Part shown: in pieces, positions 8,481-20,477 of the stretch
Layout of the letters: every line of letters begins with the position of its first letter
Numbering within the stretch: position 1 is the stretch's first letter
DNA from: Candidatus Entotheonellaceae bacterium
GTDB taxonomy: Bacteria > Tectomicrobia > Entotheonellia > Entotheonellales > Entotheonellaceae
DNA length: 64,000 nt
Direction of reading: 5' to 3'
Assembly (NCBI GenBank): GCA_965238075.1
Contig: OZ250173.1
Span: 3,040,001 to 3,104,000 of the forward strand
Position numbers and translations under genes: made by a program
The notes under the pieces: model-generated
What the model saw: the letters and a program-made list of their open reading frames with translations, nothing else
Told to the model about the DNA's origin: nothing
Databases searched by the model: none

Positions 8481-9837
8481 GCCCCGAGGCGGAACGGCAC
8501 GGCAGACGGCTCTGCGCGCGCTCCACGCCATTGACGCGGAGCAGGCTTACACGGACGTGGCGCTGCGGCAGATGTTGGACGCCAGCGCCCTGGAGCGGCG
8601 GGACCGGGCTTTCGTGACGGCGTGTGTGTACGGCGCGGTGCGCTGGCAGGGCCGTATCGATTGGCTGCTGTCAAAGGCGTGTAGCCGCCCGCTCGACTCT
8701 CTGACGCCTTGGATTCGCAACATCCTCAGGCTGGGAGCTTATCAATGCTTGTGGATGGAACAGGTCCCACCTCGCGCGGCGGTGCATACCTCGGTGGAGT
8801 TGGCACGGCGTTTTGGGCACGCCGGGGTCGCCGGTCTGGTGAACGGCGTTCTGCGAACCCTGCTGCGGCGGCACACCACGTATGCTCTGCCGGACGCCGA
8901 CACGCAGCCGACAGCGCATCTCGCGGTGGCGCACTCGCATCCGCAATGGCTGGTTGAACGTTGGCTGGACCGTTACGGCTGGGCGCGTACGCAAGCCCTG
9001 TGCGCCGAGAATAATCGTCCCCGAGACGTCACCCTGCGGGTCAACACGTTGCGCACCACCCCGCAGGCTTTGGCGCAGCGCCTTGTGCAAGAGGGGCTGC
9101 GGCTGGTCAGGCCCTCCCGTCTGCTGGCGCAGGCGCTGGTCGTGCAGGGAACGAGTCGCCTGGACGCGCTGCCGAGTTACCGGGACGGCTTATTCCAGGT
9201 TCAGGACGAAGGCGCCATGCTGGTGGCGCCGTTGTGCCGGGCGCAGCCCGGACAGCGCGTGCTTGATGCCTGTGCAGCGCCGGGCGGCAAGACGACTCAC
9301 TTAGCCCAGCTTATGGGCGACACAGGGCGGATTTTGGCCTGCGACGGGCAGGCGAGCCGCTTGCAGTTTCTGGATGCCAACGTGCGGCGTCTGCGGTTGA
9401 CGAGCATCACCCACGCGGTGTCGGACAGCACCGGGCCGCTGCCGTGGTCGGGTGTTTTCGACCGTATTCTCGTGGATGCGCCGTGTTCCGGGCTGGGCGT
9501 GCTGAGCCGTCATCCTGACATCAAGTGGCGCAAAGGCTCCGAGGATCTGCAGGGCTTGCAAGCCACGCAGCTGGCGCTGCTTGAGGCGCAGCACCGCTGC
9601 CTCGCCGCTGATGGGTTGATGGTGTATAGTGTGTGCTCCAACGAGCTGGAGGAGACGCGCGACGTGGTGCGGACGTTCCTGGAGCGCCACCCGGAACTGC
9701 GGCTCGACGCGGTGGCCGGTGACCTTCCAAAAGAACTCGATCAGCATTCTTCCCAAATCGAAACCCTTGACCTGACGCCGGAGCAATATGGTACCGAGGG
9801 CGTCTTTGCGGCCCGTTTTCGCGCACGAAATTCGTAA
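8467..9837 (+). CDS. rsmB: 16S rRNA m5C967 methyltransferase RsmB/Sun
   Basis: NusB-like N-terminus, SHPQWL, VQDE, DACAAPGGKT, DAPCSG, YSVCS; start codon uncertain (TTG 8467 chosen). Confidence 0.93.
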   Translation: MPGIEPRGGTARQTALRALHAIDAEQAYTDVALRQMLDASALERRDRAFVTACVYGAVRWQGRIDWLLSKACSRPLDSLTPWIRNILRLGAYQCLWMEQVPPRAAVHTSVELARRFGHAGVAGLVNGVLRTLLRRHTTYALPDADTQPTAHLAVAHSHPQWLVERWLDRYGWARTQALCAENNRPRDVTLRVNTLRTTPQALAQRLVQEGLRLVRPSRLLAQALVVQGTSRLDALPSYRDGLFQVQDEGAMLVAPLCRAQPGQRVLDACAAPGGKTTHLAQLMGDTGRILACDGQASRLQFLDANVRRLRLTSITHAVSDSTGPLPWSGVFDRILVDAPCSGLGVLSRHPDIKWRKGSEDLQGLQATQLALLEAQHRCLAADGLMVYSVCSNELEETRDVVRTFLERHPELRLDAVAGDLPKELDQHSSQIETLDLTPEQYGTEGVFAARFRARNS

Positions 9838-9854
9838 CGTTGAGGAAGTCCCGC

Positions 9855-10502
9855 ATGGTGAAGATCGCTCCTTCGATACTGGCGGCGGATTTCACCCGTT
9901 TGGGTGAAGAGATCGCCAAGGTCGAGGCCGCTGGGGCCGACCTGTTGCACGTCGACGTGATGGATGGCCATTTCGTGCCTAGCCTGACTATCGGCCCGCC
10001 CGTGATCAAGGCCATCAAGGCGGTCACCAAGCTGCCGTTGGACGTTCATTTGATGGTCGAGCAACCGGACGCCCTGTTGCCGGATTTCATCGACGCCGGC
10101 AGTGACAATCTGACGGTTCACGTCGAAGCCTGCCGCCACCTGCACCGCACCATCCAGTCCATCAAGGATGCCGGGGTGCGCGCCAGTGTCGTCTTGAATC
10201 CCGCCACCTCGCTGCACGCTCTGGACGAGATCCTTTCCGAGGTGCATATGGTGCTCCTGATGTCGGTGAACCCGGGCTTCGGCGGGCAACGTTTTCTGCC
10301 CGCGACGCTCGACAAAATCCGCGCGCTCAGGGCGCGGATCGGGGAACGCCAGTTGCCGGTGGACATCGAGGTTGACGGCGGGGTGAAGGCCCATAATGCT
10401 GCCGATATTTGCGCTGCCGGTGCCGACGTTCTGGTGGCCGGCACGGCGATCTTCGGGCAGCCGGATTACGGGGCGGCCATCCGGGCATTACGGGCTGCAT
10501 AG
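9855..10502 (+). CDS. rpe: ribulose-phosphate 3-epimerase
   Basis: IAPSILAADF, HVDVMDGHFVP, MSVNPGFGGQ, EVDGG. Confidence 0.97.
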   Translation: MVKIAPSILAADFTRLGEEIAKVEAAGADLLHVDVMDGHFVPSLTIGPPVIKAIKAVTKLPLDVHLMVEQPDALLPDFIDAGSDNLTVHVEACRHLHRTIQSIKDAGVRASVVLNPATSLHALDEILSEVHMVLLMSVNPGFGGQRFLPATLDKIRALRARIGERQLPVDIEVDGGVKAHNAADICAAGADVLVAGTAIFGQPDYGAAIRALRAA

Positions 10503-10616
10503 GGGTGCCGCTCGGCCTGCCAGGGGGCCGCGGCGCTTGACAAGGGGCCAGAAAACACAATAATTCCCCAATCCTCCGGCATTTTACTTGGCCCTTTGGA
10601 GACCCAAGGACGCGGC

Positions 10617-11954
10617 ATGTTTGAATCCCTTTCCGCAAAACTCGACGGCATTTTTTCCCAGCTGCGCGGGCGCGGCAAGCTGACGGAAGCCAACATTAAA
10701 GAGGCGACGCGCGAAATCCGGCTGGCGCTTCTGGAAGCGGACGTCAACTTTCAGGTCGTCAAGGACTTTGTGCAGCGGGTGCGTGAGCAGGCTCTCGGGC
10801 AGGAAGTCATGCGTAGCCTGACGCCGGGCCATCAGGTGGTGAAGATTGTCCGTGACGAATTGACGACCCTTATGGGTTCGCAGCACGTGCCGCTTACCAT
10901 GGCGTCGCAACCGCCGACCACCTTCCTTCTGGTTGGCCTGCAGGGTTCCGGGAAGACCACCTCGGCAGCCAAGCTTGCCAGGAAATTGCAGGACATGGGA
11001 CGCCGCCCTTTGTTGGTGGCGGCCGACGTGTATCGCCCCGCGGCGATGGAGCAATTGCGCCTGCTTGGCGAGCAGCTCGAGGTTCCCGTGGTGGTGCGAC
11101 AGGATTCCCGCGATCCGGTTGACATCTGTCGGCAGGCTTTCGAGGAGGCGCCTCAGCATCAGGCCGACGCCATCGTCATTGACACGGCGGGACGGTTGCA
11201 GATTGACGAGACGCTGATGCAAGAACTGGCGGAGATCAAGACGGCCACCAATCCCCGCTACACGTTTCTCGTGGTCGATGCGATGACCGGGCAAGAGGCG
11301 GTCAACGTGGCAACGGCCTTCAACGAGGCGGTGAGCATTGAGGGGGTGATTCTCACCAAGCTGGACGGCGATGCCCGGGGCGGGGCGGCGTTGTCGATCC
11401 AGGCGGTGGTCGGCAAGCCCATCCAATTCGTCGGGGTTGGTGAAAGGCTGGACGCCTTGGAAGCCTTCCACCCGGAGCGCATGGCGTCGCGGCTCCTCGG
11501 CATGGGCGATGTGTTGACGCTCATCGAAAAGGCCGAGCAGGCCATTGACCCCGAATCGGTTGCGGACCTTGAGTCGAAGATGCGCCAGGCGAGCTTCACG
11601 CTCGAGGACTTTCAAAGCCAATTGCGTCAGGTCAAGCAGATGGGGCCGCTGGAGAATCTGATGGAATTGATTCCGGGCCTCAAGGGCGCCAAGCTCCCGG
11701 TGGCCGGTGAGAAGGACTTGAAGAAGGTTGAGGCCATCATTGGTTCCATGACCTTGGTCGAACGTCGCAATCCGGCCCTGATCAACGGCAACCGGCGGAA
11801 GCGCATCGCCTTCGGCAGCGGCACCCGGGTGGAGGACGTCAATCGCTTACTGAAACAGTTCGGTCAGATGCGCAAGCTCATGAAGTCGATGATGAATGGC
11901 AAGGGCAAGAGCCGTCGCAGGTGGGCGGGAATGCCCATGGTACGACCCTTTTGA
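10617..11954 (+). CDS. ffh: signal recognition particle protein
   Basis: ALLEADV, GLQGSGKTT, DTAGR, TKLDGDARGG, M-domain; TTGACA at 10537 upstream. Confidence 0.97.
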   Translation: MFESLSAKLDGIFSQLRGRGKLTEANIKEATREIRLALLEADVNFQVVKDFVQRVREQALGQEVMRSLTPGHQVVKIVRDELTTLMGSQHVPLTMASQPPTTFLLVGLQGSGKTTSAAKLARKLQDMGRRPLLVAADVYRPAAMEQLRLLGEQLEVPVVVRQDSRDPVDICRQAFEEAPQHQADAIVIDTAGRLQIDETLMQELAEIKTATNPRYTFLVVDAMTGQEAVNVATAFNEAVSIEGVILTKLDGDARGGAALSIQAVVGKPIQFVGVGERLDALEAFHPERMASRLLGMGDVLTLIEKAEQAIDPESVADLESKMRQASFTLEDFQSQLRQVKQMGPLENLMELIPGLKGAKLPVAGEKDLKKVEAIIGSMTLVERRNPALINGNRRKRIAFGSGTRVEDVNRLLKQFGQMRKLMKSMMNGKGKSRRRWAGMPMVRPF

Positions 11955-11992
11955 GGGGTGATCTTTTTACAATTTCAACATGAGGTGTTCGA

Positions 11993-12274
11993 GTGGCTGT
12001 TCGTATTCGCCTGAAACGCATGGGCGCCAAGAAGCGTCCTTTCTATCGTATTATCGTAGCCGACGCGCGAGCGCCGCGTGACGGTCGGTTCATTGAGACA
12101 TTGGGGACCTACAACCCGCTTACGGAGCCGTCTGAGGTGAAGCTGGCGGAAGACAAAGTCCGCCTGTGGCTGGCGCGGGGAGCGCAGCCCTCCGACCCTG
12201 TGCGCGATATCTTGAAACGTCAGGGGTTGTTGGGTTCGGGAAGCGCCGTTGCGGAGTCTGAGGAAGAAAGCTGA
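11993..12274 (+). CDS. rpsP: 30S ribosomal protein S16
   Basis: [24 protein letters not shown]...GTYNP. Confidence 0.97.
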   Translation: MAVRIRLKRMGAKKRPFYRIIVADARAPRDGRFIETLGTYNPLTEPSEVKLAEDKVRLWLARGAQPSDPVRDILKRQGLLGSGSAVAESEEES

Positions 12275-12307
12275 TCGCCTGTAACCGGTGGCAGGGAATC
12301 CGACAGG

Positions 12308-12820
12308 ATGGAGCACGAAAAGCTCGTTGCCATTGGTCGTTTTACGAAGCCGCATGGCGTTCGGGGCGAGTTGGTTTTCCTGCCGTATGTGTCCGACGTG
12401 GCGCTGCTGCCCGAACTCAGCGAACGGCAGGTGCGGATACGGCACAAGACGGCCCCCGTGCAGACATGCACGATTCTGGCGTGGCGCATGGCCCATAGCC
12501 GGGTGCTGGTGCAAATCGAAAGCTGTCGAGACCTATCCGAGGCGGAATTACTGCGAGATTACGAAATGGTCGTCCCGTGCCAGTGGTTTTCTCCCTTGCC
12601 CGTCGGTGAATACTACTGGTTTGAAATCGAAGGTCTGACCGTGTACGCCGGCGACGGACAGGCGTTGGGCATCGTGACGGACATCATTCACACCGGCAGC
12701 AACGATGTCTACGTTGTCAGCCATGATGACCGCGAGACCCTGGTGCCAGCCCTTAAGGACATTGTCCGCACCATCGACCTGGAGGGCGGCGCGATGTACC
12801 TCCACAACCTACCCGGCTGA
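12308..12820 (+). CDS. rimM: ribosome maturation factor RimM
   Basis: PHGVRGE, EYYWFEIEG, GSNDVY; conserved operon position. Confidence 0.93.
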   Translation: MEHEKLVAIGRFTKPHGVRGELVFLPYVSDVALLPELSERQVRIRHKTAPVQTCTILAWRMAHSRVLVQIESCRDLSEAELLRDYEMVVPCQWFSPLPVGEYYWFEIEGLTVYAGDGQALGIVTDIIHTGSNDVYVVSHDDRETLVPALKDIVRTIDLEGGAMYLHNLPG

Positions 12821-12835
12821 ACTGATCCGTGCACG

Positions 12836-13582
12836 ATGGACGTTCATATCCTCACCATTTTTCCCGGCATGTTCGTCTCACCCCTACAGGCGAGCATCCT
12901 GCAGCGGGCGCAGACGCACCAGCACCTTCGCGTGACCGTGCATGACCTGCGCGATTTTGCTTCGGGGCGGCATCGGGTAACCGACGACAGCCCCTACGGC
13001 GGCGGCGCCGGCATGGTGATGAAGCCGGAGCCGATTGTCGCGGGCATTCAGGCGCTGCAGGAACGCTTTGGCCCGGCTTACGTCATGTTGATGAGCCCGC
13101 AGGGCAGGGTGCTCGATCAGGAATTTGCCAAGACTTTACTGGGTCATTCATGCGTGGTGCTCATTTGCGGCCGCTACAGCGGGATCGACGCCCGCGTCAT
13201 GCCGTACATTGACGCCGAACTTTCGATTGGCGATTACGTGTTGACGGGCGGCGAGTTGCCGGCCATGGTGGTGTTGGACGTGGTGGGGCGGATGATTCCC
13301 GGCGTTGTAGGAGATCGCCAATCGGTGGAGGAGGATTCGTTTTTCAACGGCCTGTTGCAGGGGCCGCAATACACGCGGCCGGAAACCTTTGACGGCGCCC
13401 GCGTACCGGCTATTCTGTTGTCCGGAGACCACGCCGCGATTGCCGAATGGCGGCACCGGCAGGCCCTGCAGACGACGCTGCAAAGGCGTCCGGACCTGTT
13501 GGGGCGCGTTCCGCTGACGCCTCAGGACCGAGCGATTCTGCGGGAAATCGGCCGCGAAGAAACGAACCCGCATGAGCCATGA
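12836..13582 (+). CDS. trmD: tRNA (guanine37-N1)-methyltransferase
   Basis: DDSPYGGGAGM, SIGDYVLTGGE, YTRP motifs. Confidence 0.96.
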   Translation: MDVHILTIFPGMFVSPLQASILQRAQTHQHLRVTVHDLRDFASGRHRVTDDSPYGGGAGMVMKPEPIVAGIQALQERFGPAYVMLMSPQGRVLDQEFAKTLLGHSCVVLICGRYSGIDARVMPYIDAELSIGDYVLTGGELPAMVVLDVVGRMIPGVVGDRQSVEEDSFFNGLLQGPQYTRPETFDGARVPAILLSGDHAAIAEWRHRQALQTTLQRRPDLLGRVPLTPQDRAILREIGREETNPHEP

Positions 13583-14138
13583 CCGCCCTCAGTTGTTCGT
13601 CGCGCTGTTGCATTTTCCCGTGTATAACAAGAACCGTGAGGTGATTGCCACCTCGCTGACGACAGTCAACCTGCACGATCTCGCCCGGTTGGTCACGACG
13701 TATGGCGTCATGGGCTGTTACGTGGTGACGCCGTTCCAGCGCCAGCGCGAGCTGGCCTGTCGGATGATCGTTCACTGGACCGAAGGATACGGTGCTGCCT
13801 ATAATTCGACGCGCGCCGAGGCGCTGCAGCATCTCTGCATCGTCGACAGCCTTGCGGAGGTCGAGCAGGACATTTCGCGGCGATGTGGAAGCGCACCCCA
13901 TACCATTGCAACGGATGCACGACGGTTTCCCCAGTGCACGTCGTACGCCGACCTGCGAGACATCATTTGGCGGCAGCGGGAGGCTTTCCTGCTGCTTTTG
14001 GGGACGGGGTGGGGACTTACGGACGAACTGATGGCTGGCTGTAACTACATCCTGGCTCCCATTGCTGTTGGTACCCGATACAATCACCTGCCGGTACGGG
14101 TCGCGGCGGGTATTATGCTCGACCGACTGCTCGGTTGA
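13572..14138 (+). CDS. SPOUT-class RNA methyltransferase (trmD-associated type)
   Basis: LLHFPVYNK, HDLAR, LLGTGWGL, YNHLPVR motifs; usual position after trmD. Confidence 0.85.
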   Translation: MSHDRPQLFVALLHFPVYNKNREVIATSLTTVNLHDLARLVTTYGVMGCYVVTPFQRQRELACRMIVHWTEGYGAAYNSTRAEALQHLCIVDSLAEVEQDISRRCGSAPHTIATDARRFPQCTSYADLRDIIWRQREAFLLLLGTGWGLTDELMAGCNYILAPIAVGTRYNHLPVRVAAGIMLDRLLG

Positions 14139-14193
14139 GTCGACGCGATGGGAAGAGCCGGGCCCCTTCATATTTTGTTGAGGAAATAGCGTT

Positions 14194-14544
14194 ATGCATG
14201 CGTTAATGGATATCGAACAAACCCAGATGAAGCGCGATCTGCCCGAGTTTCGTGCCGGCGATACGGTGCGGGTGCAGGTGCGCATTATTGAGGGCACCCG
14301 CGAGCGCGTGCAGGCGTTCCAGGGCGTGGTGCTTGCCATCAGTGGCAGCGGCGTGCGTCGTACCTTCACCGTGCGCAAGGTTTCCTCGGGCATCGGGGTG
14401 GAGCGAGTTTTCCCTTTGCATTCGCCCAGGATTGACGCCATTGAAGTCGTGCGGCGCGGACGGGTTCGCCGCGCCAAGCTGTTTTACCTACGCAAGCTGA
14501 GGGGCAAAGCGGCGCGCATCAAAGAGCGTCGTACGCGCGTCTGA
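14194..14544 (+). CDS. rplS: 50S ribosomal protein L19
   Basis: [34 protein letters not shown]. Confidence 0.97.
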   Translation: MHALMDIEQTQMKRDLPEFRAGDTVRVQVRIIEGTRERVQAFQGVVLAISGSGVRRTFTVRKVSSGIGVERVFPLHSPRIDAIEVVRRGRVRRAKLFYLRKLRGKAARIKERRTRV

Positions 14545-14555
14545 GGATCCGGTGC

Positions 14556-15206
14556 ATGGCCCAGCGCGACATCTCCGGCGTGTCTCACTTGCCGTTCGAA
14601 CAGGAGGCACGTCAGGCAGGGTATCGCACCATCGCCGGCATTGATGAAGCGGGGCGCGGGCCGCTGGCGGGTCCAGTGGTTGCCGCTGCCGTGTGCCTTC
14701 CTTCCGCACATGACGTTCCAGGACTGCAGGACTCGAAGCGTCTGACGGAGCGCCAGCGAGAGGCGGTTTACCGGCTTATCTTGCGTGCAACTTTGGCGTA
14801 TGGTGTCGGCGTTGTGTCGCACCGGCTGATTGACCGGCATCACATCCTGTGGGCGACAAAGGAAGCCATGTTGCGGGCGGTGAGGCAACTTGCGAGGGTT
14901 CCCGACCTGTTGCTGATTGACGGCCCGATATCGCTGTCGACCGCCATCGATCAACGCCCTATCGTGCGCGGCGATGCCTCCTGCGCCTCCATTGCCGCCG
15001 CATCCGTGATCGCCAAGGTGACGCGTGACCGTATGATGGTGGCTTATGGCAAGCGTTATCCTGCTTACGGTTTTGCGCGGCATAAAGGCTATCCCACCCG
15101 TGACCATTACGCGCGCCTGCGCGCCCATGGTGCCTGTGCCATTCATCGGCTCAGTTTTCGCGGCGTGCTCGATCCGACACCAGCTTCCGGCAAGGCCGAT
15201 TCATGA
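14556..15206 (+). CDS. rnhB: ribonuclease HII
   Basis: GIDEAGRGPLAGPV, DSK, IAAASVIAKVTRD, HKGY. Confidence 0.96.
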   Translation: MAQRDISGVSHLPFEQEARQAGYRTIAGIDEAGRGPLAGPVVAAAVCLPSAHDVPGLQDSKRLTERQREAVYRLILRATLAYGVGVVSHRLIDRHHILWATKEAMLRAVRQLARVPDLLLIDGPISLSTAIDQRPIVRGDASCASIAAASVIAKVTRDRMMVAYGKRYPAYGFARHKGYPTRDHYARLRAHGACAIHRLSFRGVLDPTPASGKADS

Positions 15207-15586
15207 CCAAGTGGCGCCTGAGACGCGGTGCGCAGGGTGAGCAGATAGCCGTCGATTATCTGAAACGTCTTGGCTATCGCATCCAGCAACGAAATTACCG
15301 TTGCAAGCAGGGCGAGATCGACATCATTGCCTGGGACGGTGCGGCGTTGGTCTTTGTCGAGGTCAAGACCAAGAGTCGAACGGACTTCGGCGCGCCGCAA
15401 GCGATGGTCACCAGACAAAAGCAGGCGAAGATCGTGCACGTTGCGATGGCCTACGTCCAGGAACATCAGGTACGAGATACCGACCTGCGGTTTGACGTGG
15501 TGGCCGTTACCTGCCCGCCGGATGCGGCACCGGAGGTGGTGCACGTGCCGGCGGCGTTCGATGCTTCCCCGCAGTTTCTCTATTGA
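15203..15586 (+). CDS. yraN: YraN family (UPF0102) putative endonuclease
   Basis: GEIDIIA, LVFVEVKT, RFDVV. Confidence 0.92.
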   Translation: MTKWRLRRGAQGEQIAVDYLKRLGYRIQQRNYRCKQGEIDIIAWDGAALVFVEVKTKSRTDFGAPQAMVTRQKQAKIVHVAMAYVQEHQVRDTDLRFDVVAVTCPPDAAPEVVHVPAAFDASPQFLY

Positions 15587-15614
15587 CTGGGGATCGCCGA
15601 AGGTTGGCGTTGTC

Positions 15615-15668
15615 TTGACAAAGGTTGCCCGGCTATCTATCTTGGTGCCTTGCGTTTTGCAAGGCACC
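15615..15668 (+). promoter_or_regulatory. sigma70 promoter for rplM plus 10-bp hairpin
   Basis: TTGACA(15615-15620)-N17-TATCTT(15638-15643), then GGTGCCTTGC-GTTTT-GCAAGGCACC (15644-15668). Confidence 0.6.
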
Positions 15669-15697
15669 GCCATATTTCACGGTACGGAGTTGCAATC

Positions 15698-16129
15698 ATG
15701 CGGACAGTCTCCATTCGTAAGGAAGACGTCACTCATAGTTGGTACGTCGTTGATGCAGAGAACAAAGTCTTGGGCCGACTCGCCTGTGAGGTGGCGAAGA
15801 TTCTTCGCGGCAAGCACAAACCGATCTATACACCCCACGTTGATACGGGCGATTACGTCGTCGTTGTGAATGCGGACAAGGTCGTTCTGACGGGTAAGAA
15901 ATGGGCGCAGAAGCTGTATCGCTGGCATACCGGGTACCCCGGAGGGTTTCGGGAAGTGACCGCCGAGAAGATGCATCAGCGTAAGCCCACGCGGCTCCTT
16001 GAGTTGGCGGTGCGGGGCATGCTCCCGAAAACCAAACTGGGGCGGGCCATGTATCGCAAGCTGAAGGTGTATACCACGCCCACGCATCCGCACGCGAGCC
16101 AGCAGCCGCAGCCCTTGGACATTAATTGA
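15698..16129 (+). CDS. rplM: 50S ribosomal protein L13
   Basis: [31 protein letters not shown]. Confidence 0.97.
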   Translation: MRTVSIRKEDVTHSWYVVDAENKVLGRLACEVAKILRGKHKPIYTPHVDTGDYVVVVNADKVVLTGKKWAQKLYRWHTGYPGGFREVTAEKMHQRKPTRLLELAVRGMLPKTKLGRAMYRKLKVYTTPTHPHASQQPQPLDIN

Positions 16130-16193
16130 GTTTTGTCTGCCAGGCGGATGGCGCTTGGCAGTCCATTTGATGGCACACGGTTTTGGAGAGGGT

Positions 16194-16589
16194 ATGGCAG
16201 AACAGTTTCGCTACTACGACACGGGCAAACGAAAATCCGCGATTGCCCGTGTATGGCTTATGGCTGGGGACGGCAAGATTTCCATCAATCGCCGCCCGTT
16301 CGAGGATTACTTCCCGCTTGAAACCCACAAGACCTCCGTTGAGTCTCCCCTCAAACTCACCAACACCCTTGGTCAGTATGACGCCTACATCACTGTACGC
16401 GGCGGCGGCGTGTCCGGGCAGGCCAGTGCGATCCGGCACGGCATCGCCAAGAGCCTGTTGCATCTGGATGCGACGTTTCGACCGATACTGAAGCAAGCGG
16501 GTTTTCTGACGCGTGATTCACGCATCAAGGAACGGAAAAAGTATGGACAGAAGAAAGCGCGCAAGCGTTTTCAATACTCCAAACGCTAA
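16194..16589 (+). CDS. rpsI: 30S ribosomal protein S9
   Basis: [19 protein letters not shown]-terminal RFQYSKR. Confidence 0.97.
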   Translation: MAEQFRYYDTGKRKSAIARVWLMAGDGKISINRRPFEDYFPLETHKTSVESPLKLTNTLGQYDAYITVRGGGVSGQASAIRHGIAKSLLHLDATFRPILKQAGFLTRDSRIKERKKYGQKKARKRFQYSKR

Positions 16590-16672
16590 GGCAACGAACG
16601 CTGCACCGGCTGCCATGGCAGTGTTGCACAGTTGACCCGTGCTGGGGCCAGGCACAGGAGGAGGTGAACCTT

Positions 16673-17530
16673 TTGGCAACAATTACCATCCGACAATTAT
16701 TAGAGTCCGGGGCGCACTTCGGGCACCAGACAAATCGCTGGAACCCGAAAATGAAGCGGTATATTTTCGGGGCGCGGAAGGGTATCTATGTCGTTGATCT
16801 ACAACAGACGTTAGAGCGTTTTCGCGAGGCATACGACTTCGTTCGCCGCACAACATCGCGTGGGGCCCACATCCTGTTCGTCGGCACGAAGAAGCAGGCG
16901 CAGGACATCGTGGGCAGTGAGGCGACGCGCGCTCAGCAGCATTATGTGAATCAACGGTGGCTGGGCGGCATGCTGACGAATTTTTCGACGATTAAGAACA
17001 GCCTCGGGCGACTCAAAGAGTTTGAGCACATGCAGGAAATGGGCATGTGGGAGAGCCTGCCCAAGAAAGAAGTGTTGCAGTTGCAAAAGAAGGCCGACAA
17101 GCTTGAGAAGTTGCTGGGCGGCATCAAGTCGATGGAAGCCCTGCCGGGCGCCCTTTTCGTTATTGATTGCAAGAAAGAAAAGATCGCCATTAGTGAAGCC
17201 AAGAAACTCGGTATTCCGACGGTTGCGATCGTCGATACCAATTGCAACCCGGATGACATTGACTACGTCATTCCAGGCAATGACGATGCGACCCGCGCCA
17301 TTCGGCTGATGACCTCGCAAATTGCGCAGGCCGCTATCGAGGGGATACATGAGCGTCAAGCCGCTTCGCTGAAAGAGGAAAGCGCTGTCTCGACGCCGTC
17401 GCAGGAGGAATTGAGCCCCGCGGACGCTCAGGCTGAGGCCGCCCAGCCCGAGGCGGCTGTCGAACCCGCGGTTGCCGTCACGGCCTCGAGTGAGGTTGAC
17501 CCGCCCGCAGAATTGCCTGCCGAAGATTAA
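16673..17530 (+). CDS. rpsB: 30S ribosomal protein S2
   Basis: [35 protein letters not shown] start after GGAGGTG. Confidence 0.97.
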   Translation: MATITIRQLLESGAHFGHQTNRWNPKMKRYIFGARKGIYVVDLQQTLERFREAYDFVRRTTSRGAHILFVGTKKQAQDIVGSEATRAQQHYVNQRWLGGMLTNFSTIKNSLGRLKEFEHMQEMGMWESLPKKEVLQLQKKADKLEKLLGGIKSMEALPGALFVIDCKKEKIAISEAKKLGIPTVAIVDTNCNPDDIDYVIPGNDDATRAIRLMTSQIAQAAIEGIHERQAASLKEESAVSTPSQEELSPADAQAEAAQPEAAVEPAVAVTASSEVDPPAELPAED

Positions 17531-17561
17531 GTAAGCTCAGGGGGAAGAAGAAGGAAGGATT

Positions 17562-18161
<600 letters not shown>

Positions 18162-18197
18162 GCCGCGGCCCTTGATATGGGCTGCTCTCATGCGTAA

Positions 18198-18931
<734 letters not shown>

Positions 18932-18932
<1 letters not shown>

Positions 18933-19489
18933 TGCTGGATGACGTCTACCACGAAGTGGATCACAAAATGGAGCGCTCGTTAGCCGCCCTCCGCAAAGAG
19001 CTGTCCCGAATCCGTACCGGGCGCGCCACACTGGCGCTTTTGGAGGGGATCGACGTGGATTACTACGGTACCACCACGCCTTTGGATCAGATGGCCACCC
19101 TGGCGGCTCCTGAAAGCCGTTTGCTGACCATTCAGCCGTGGGACAAATCGCAGGTCGGGCTCGTTGAAAAGGCCATTCAGCGCTCCGATTTGGGGTTGAC
19201 GCCCATGAACGACGGCAAGATCATCCGACTGGCGATCCCGCCGCTGACCACCGAGCGCCGCAAGGATTTGGTCAAGAAGGTCAAGAAGATTGGTGAAGAC
19301 GCGAAAGTCGCCCTGCGCAATGTTCGCCGCGAGGGCAACGAAACACTCAAGGACCTGGAAAAGACCAAGGACATCTCCCAGGACGATTTGCGCCGTGGGC
19401 AGGAGCAAGTCCAGAATATTACTGATCGCTTCATTTCTCAGGTCGATGACGTTTTGAACGCCAAGGAACACGAGATTCTGGAGGTCTAG
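18932..19489 (+). CDS. frr: ribosome recycling factor
   Basis: IRTGRA, YYG, IQPWD, PPLTTERR. Confidence 0.97.
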
Positions 19490-19625
19490 CAGGAATGTCC
19501 GTCGTCTTTTAATGAGAATTGCCCAGGTGTGGCTCCGCGCTGCTCAGTTGTCCCGATTCCGGGTTCAACATGTTGTCCCTGATAACTGAGAGCGTTTCCG
19601 TGCTGTTTAGCGGTGTGGACGGCTC

Positions 19626-20441
19626 ATGGAACAATTGCGGCGTGTGATCAGTGCCTTGGTAATTCTTCCCCCCTTCATTCTTATCCTTCTGTACGCGCCT
19701 GTTGAACTGTTTTCCCTTCTCGTCCTGGCCGTCAGCATCCTGGCTTTACACGAATACAGCACCCTGTTGAAACAGATAAACTTGCCCATCGGTAGCGGGG
19801 CTTGTTACGTTGCGGCCTTTGCCCTGACGGTGGCGGCCTATCTGGGCGGCTGGCCTTGGCTTTCGCCGGCGCTGTTCCTCAGCCTCTTGCTGCACACCCT
19901 GACCGCTATCATCTCTTCGCAGGGCGTGTCCGGTAAATTTTCCATGGTGTTGCACGGCGCTTTCGGCGTCCTTGGCATTGCCTGGTGCCTCAGCCACTTT
20001 ATCGTTCTACGCGGCATGCAGGCGGGGCAATGGTACCTGCTTTTCATGTGCATCACGGTGTGGGTTAGTGACTCCATGGCCATGTATACTGGGAAGTTCC
20101 TGGGACGCCGCCGACTGGCCGGATCGCTCAGCCCCGGTAAAACCTGGGAAGGCGCCATAGGGGGGGCGATGAGCGGTGTGGTGACCGCCGGGGCGACGGC
20201 ACCGTTCCTGGTACCTCAACTGCTGCTGTGGCAAGGCGTGCTGCTCGGTTTCCTGATAACGCTTGCGGCTCAGATCAGTGATTTGGGAGAATCAATGCTC
20301 AAACGCTACACCGGCGCAAAAGACTCCAGCGGGCTCATTCCCGGCCACGGGGGTGGTCTGGACCGTATCGATAGCATGCTGTTCGCTGCCCCGACGTTGT
20401 GCTACGCGCTTGAATTGCTGGGCAAGGCGTCCGCTGCCTGA
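19626..20441 (+). CDS. cdsA: phosphatidate cytidylyltransferase
   Basis: Multi-TM protein with SPGKTWEG and DLGESMLKR...KDSSGLIPGHGGGLDRIDS. Confidence 0.95.
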   Translation: MEQLRRVISALVILPPFILILLYAPVELFSLLVLAVSILALHEYSTLLKQINLPIGSGACYVAAFALTVAAYLGGWPWLSPALFLSLLLHTLTAIISSQGVSGKFSMVLHGAFGVLGIAWCLSHFIVLRGMQAGQWYLLFMCITVWVSDSMAMYTGKFLGRRRLAGSLSPGKTWEGAIGGAMSGVVTAGATAPFLVPQLLLWQGVLLGFLITLAAQISDLGESMLKRYTGAKDSSGLIPGHGGGLDRIDSMLFAAPTLCYALELLGKASAA

Positions 20442-20477
20442 GGAAGTGCCTTTCAGAGGGATTAGGGAGGCGTTTGT

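Noticed and set aside
16590-16672. rpsB (S2) autoregulatory leader RNA
   Set aside because: Hairpins are present but I cannot match them to the known motif without a covariance search
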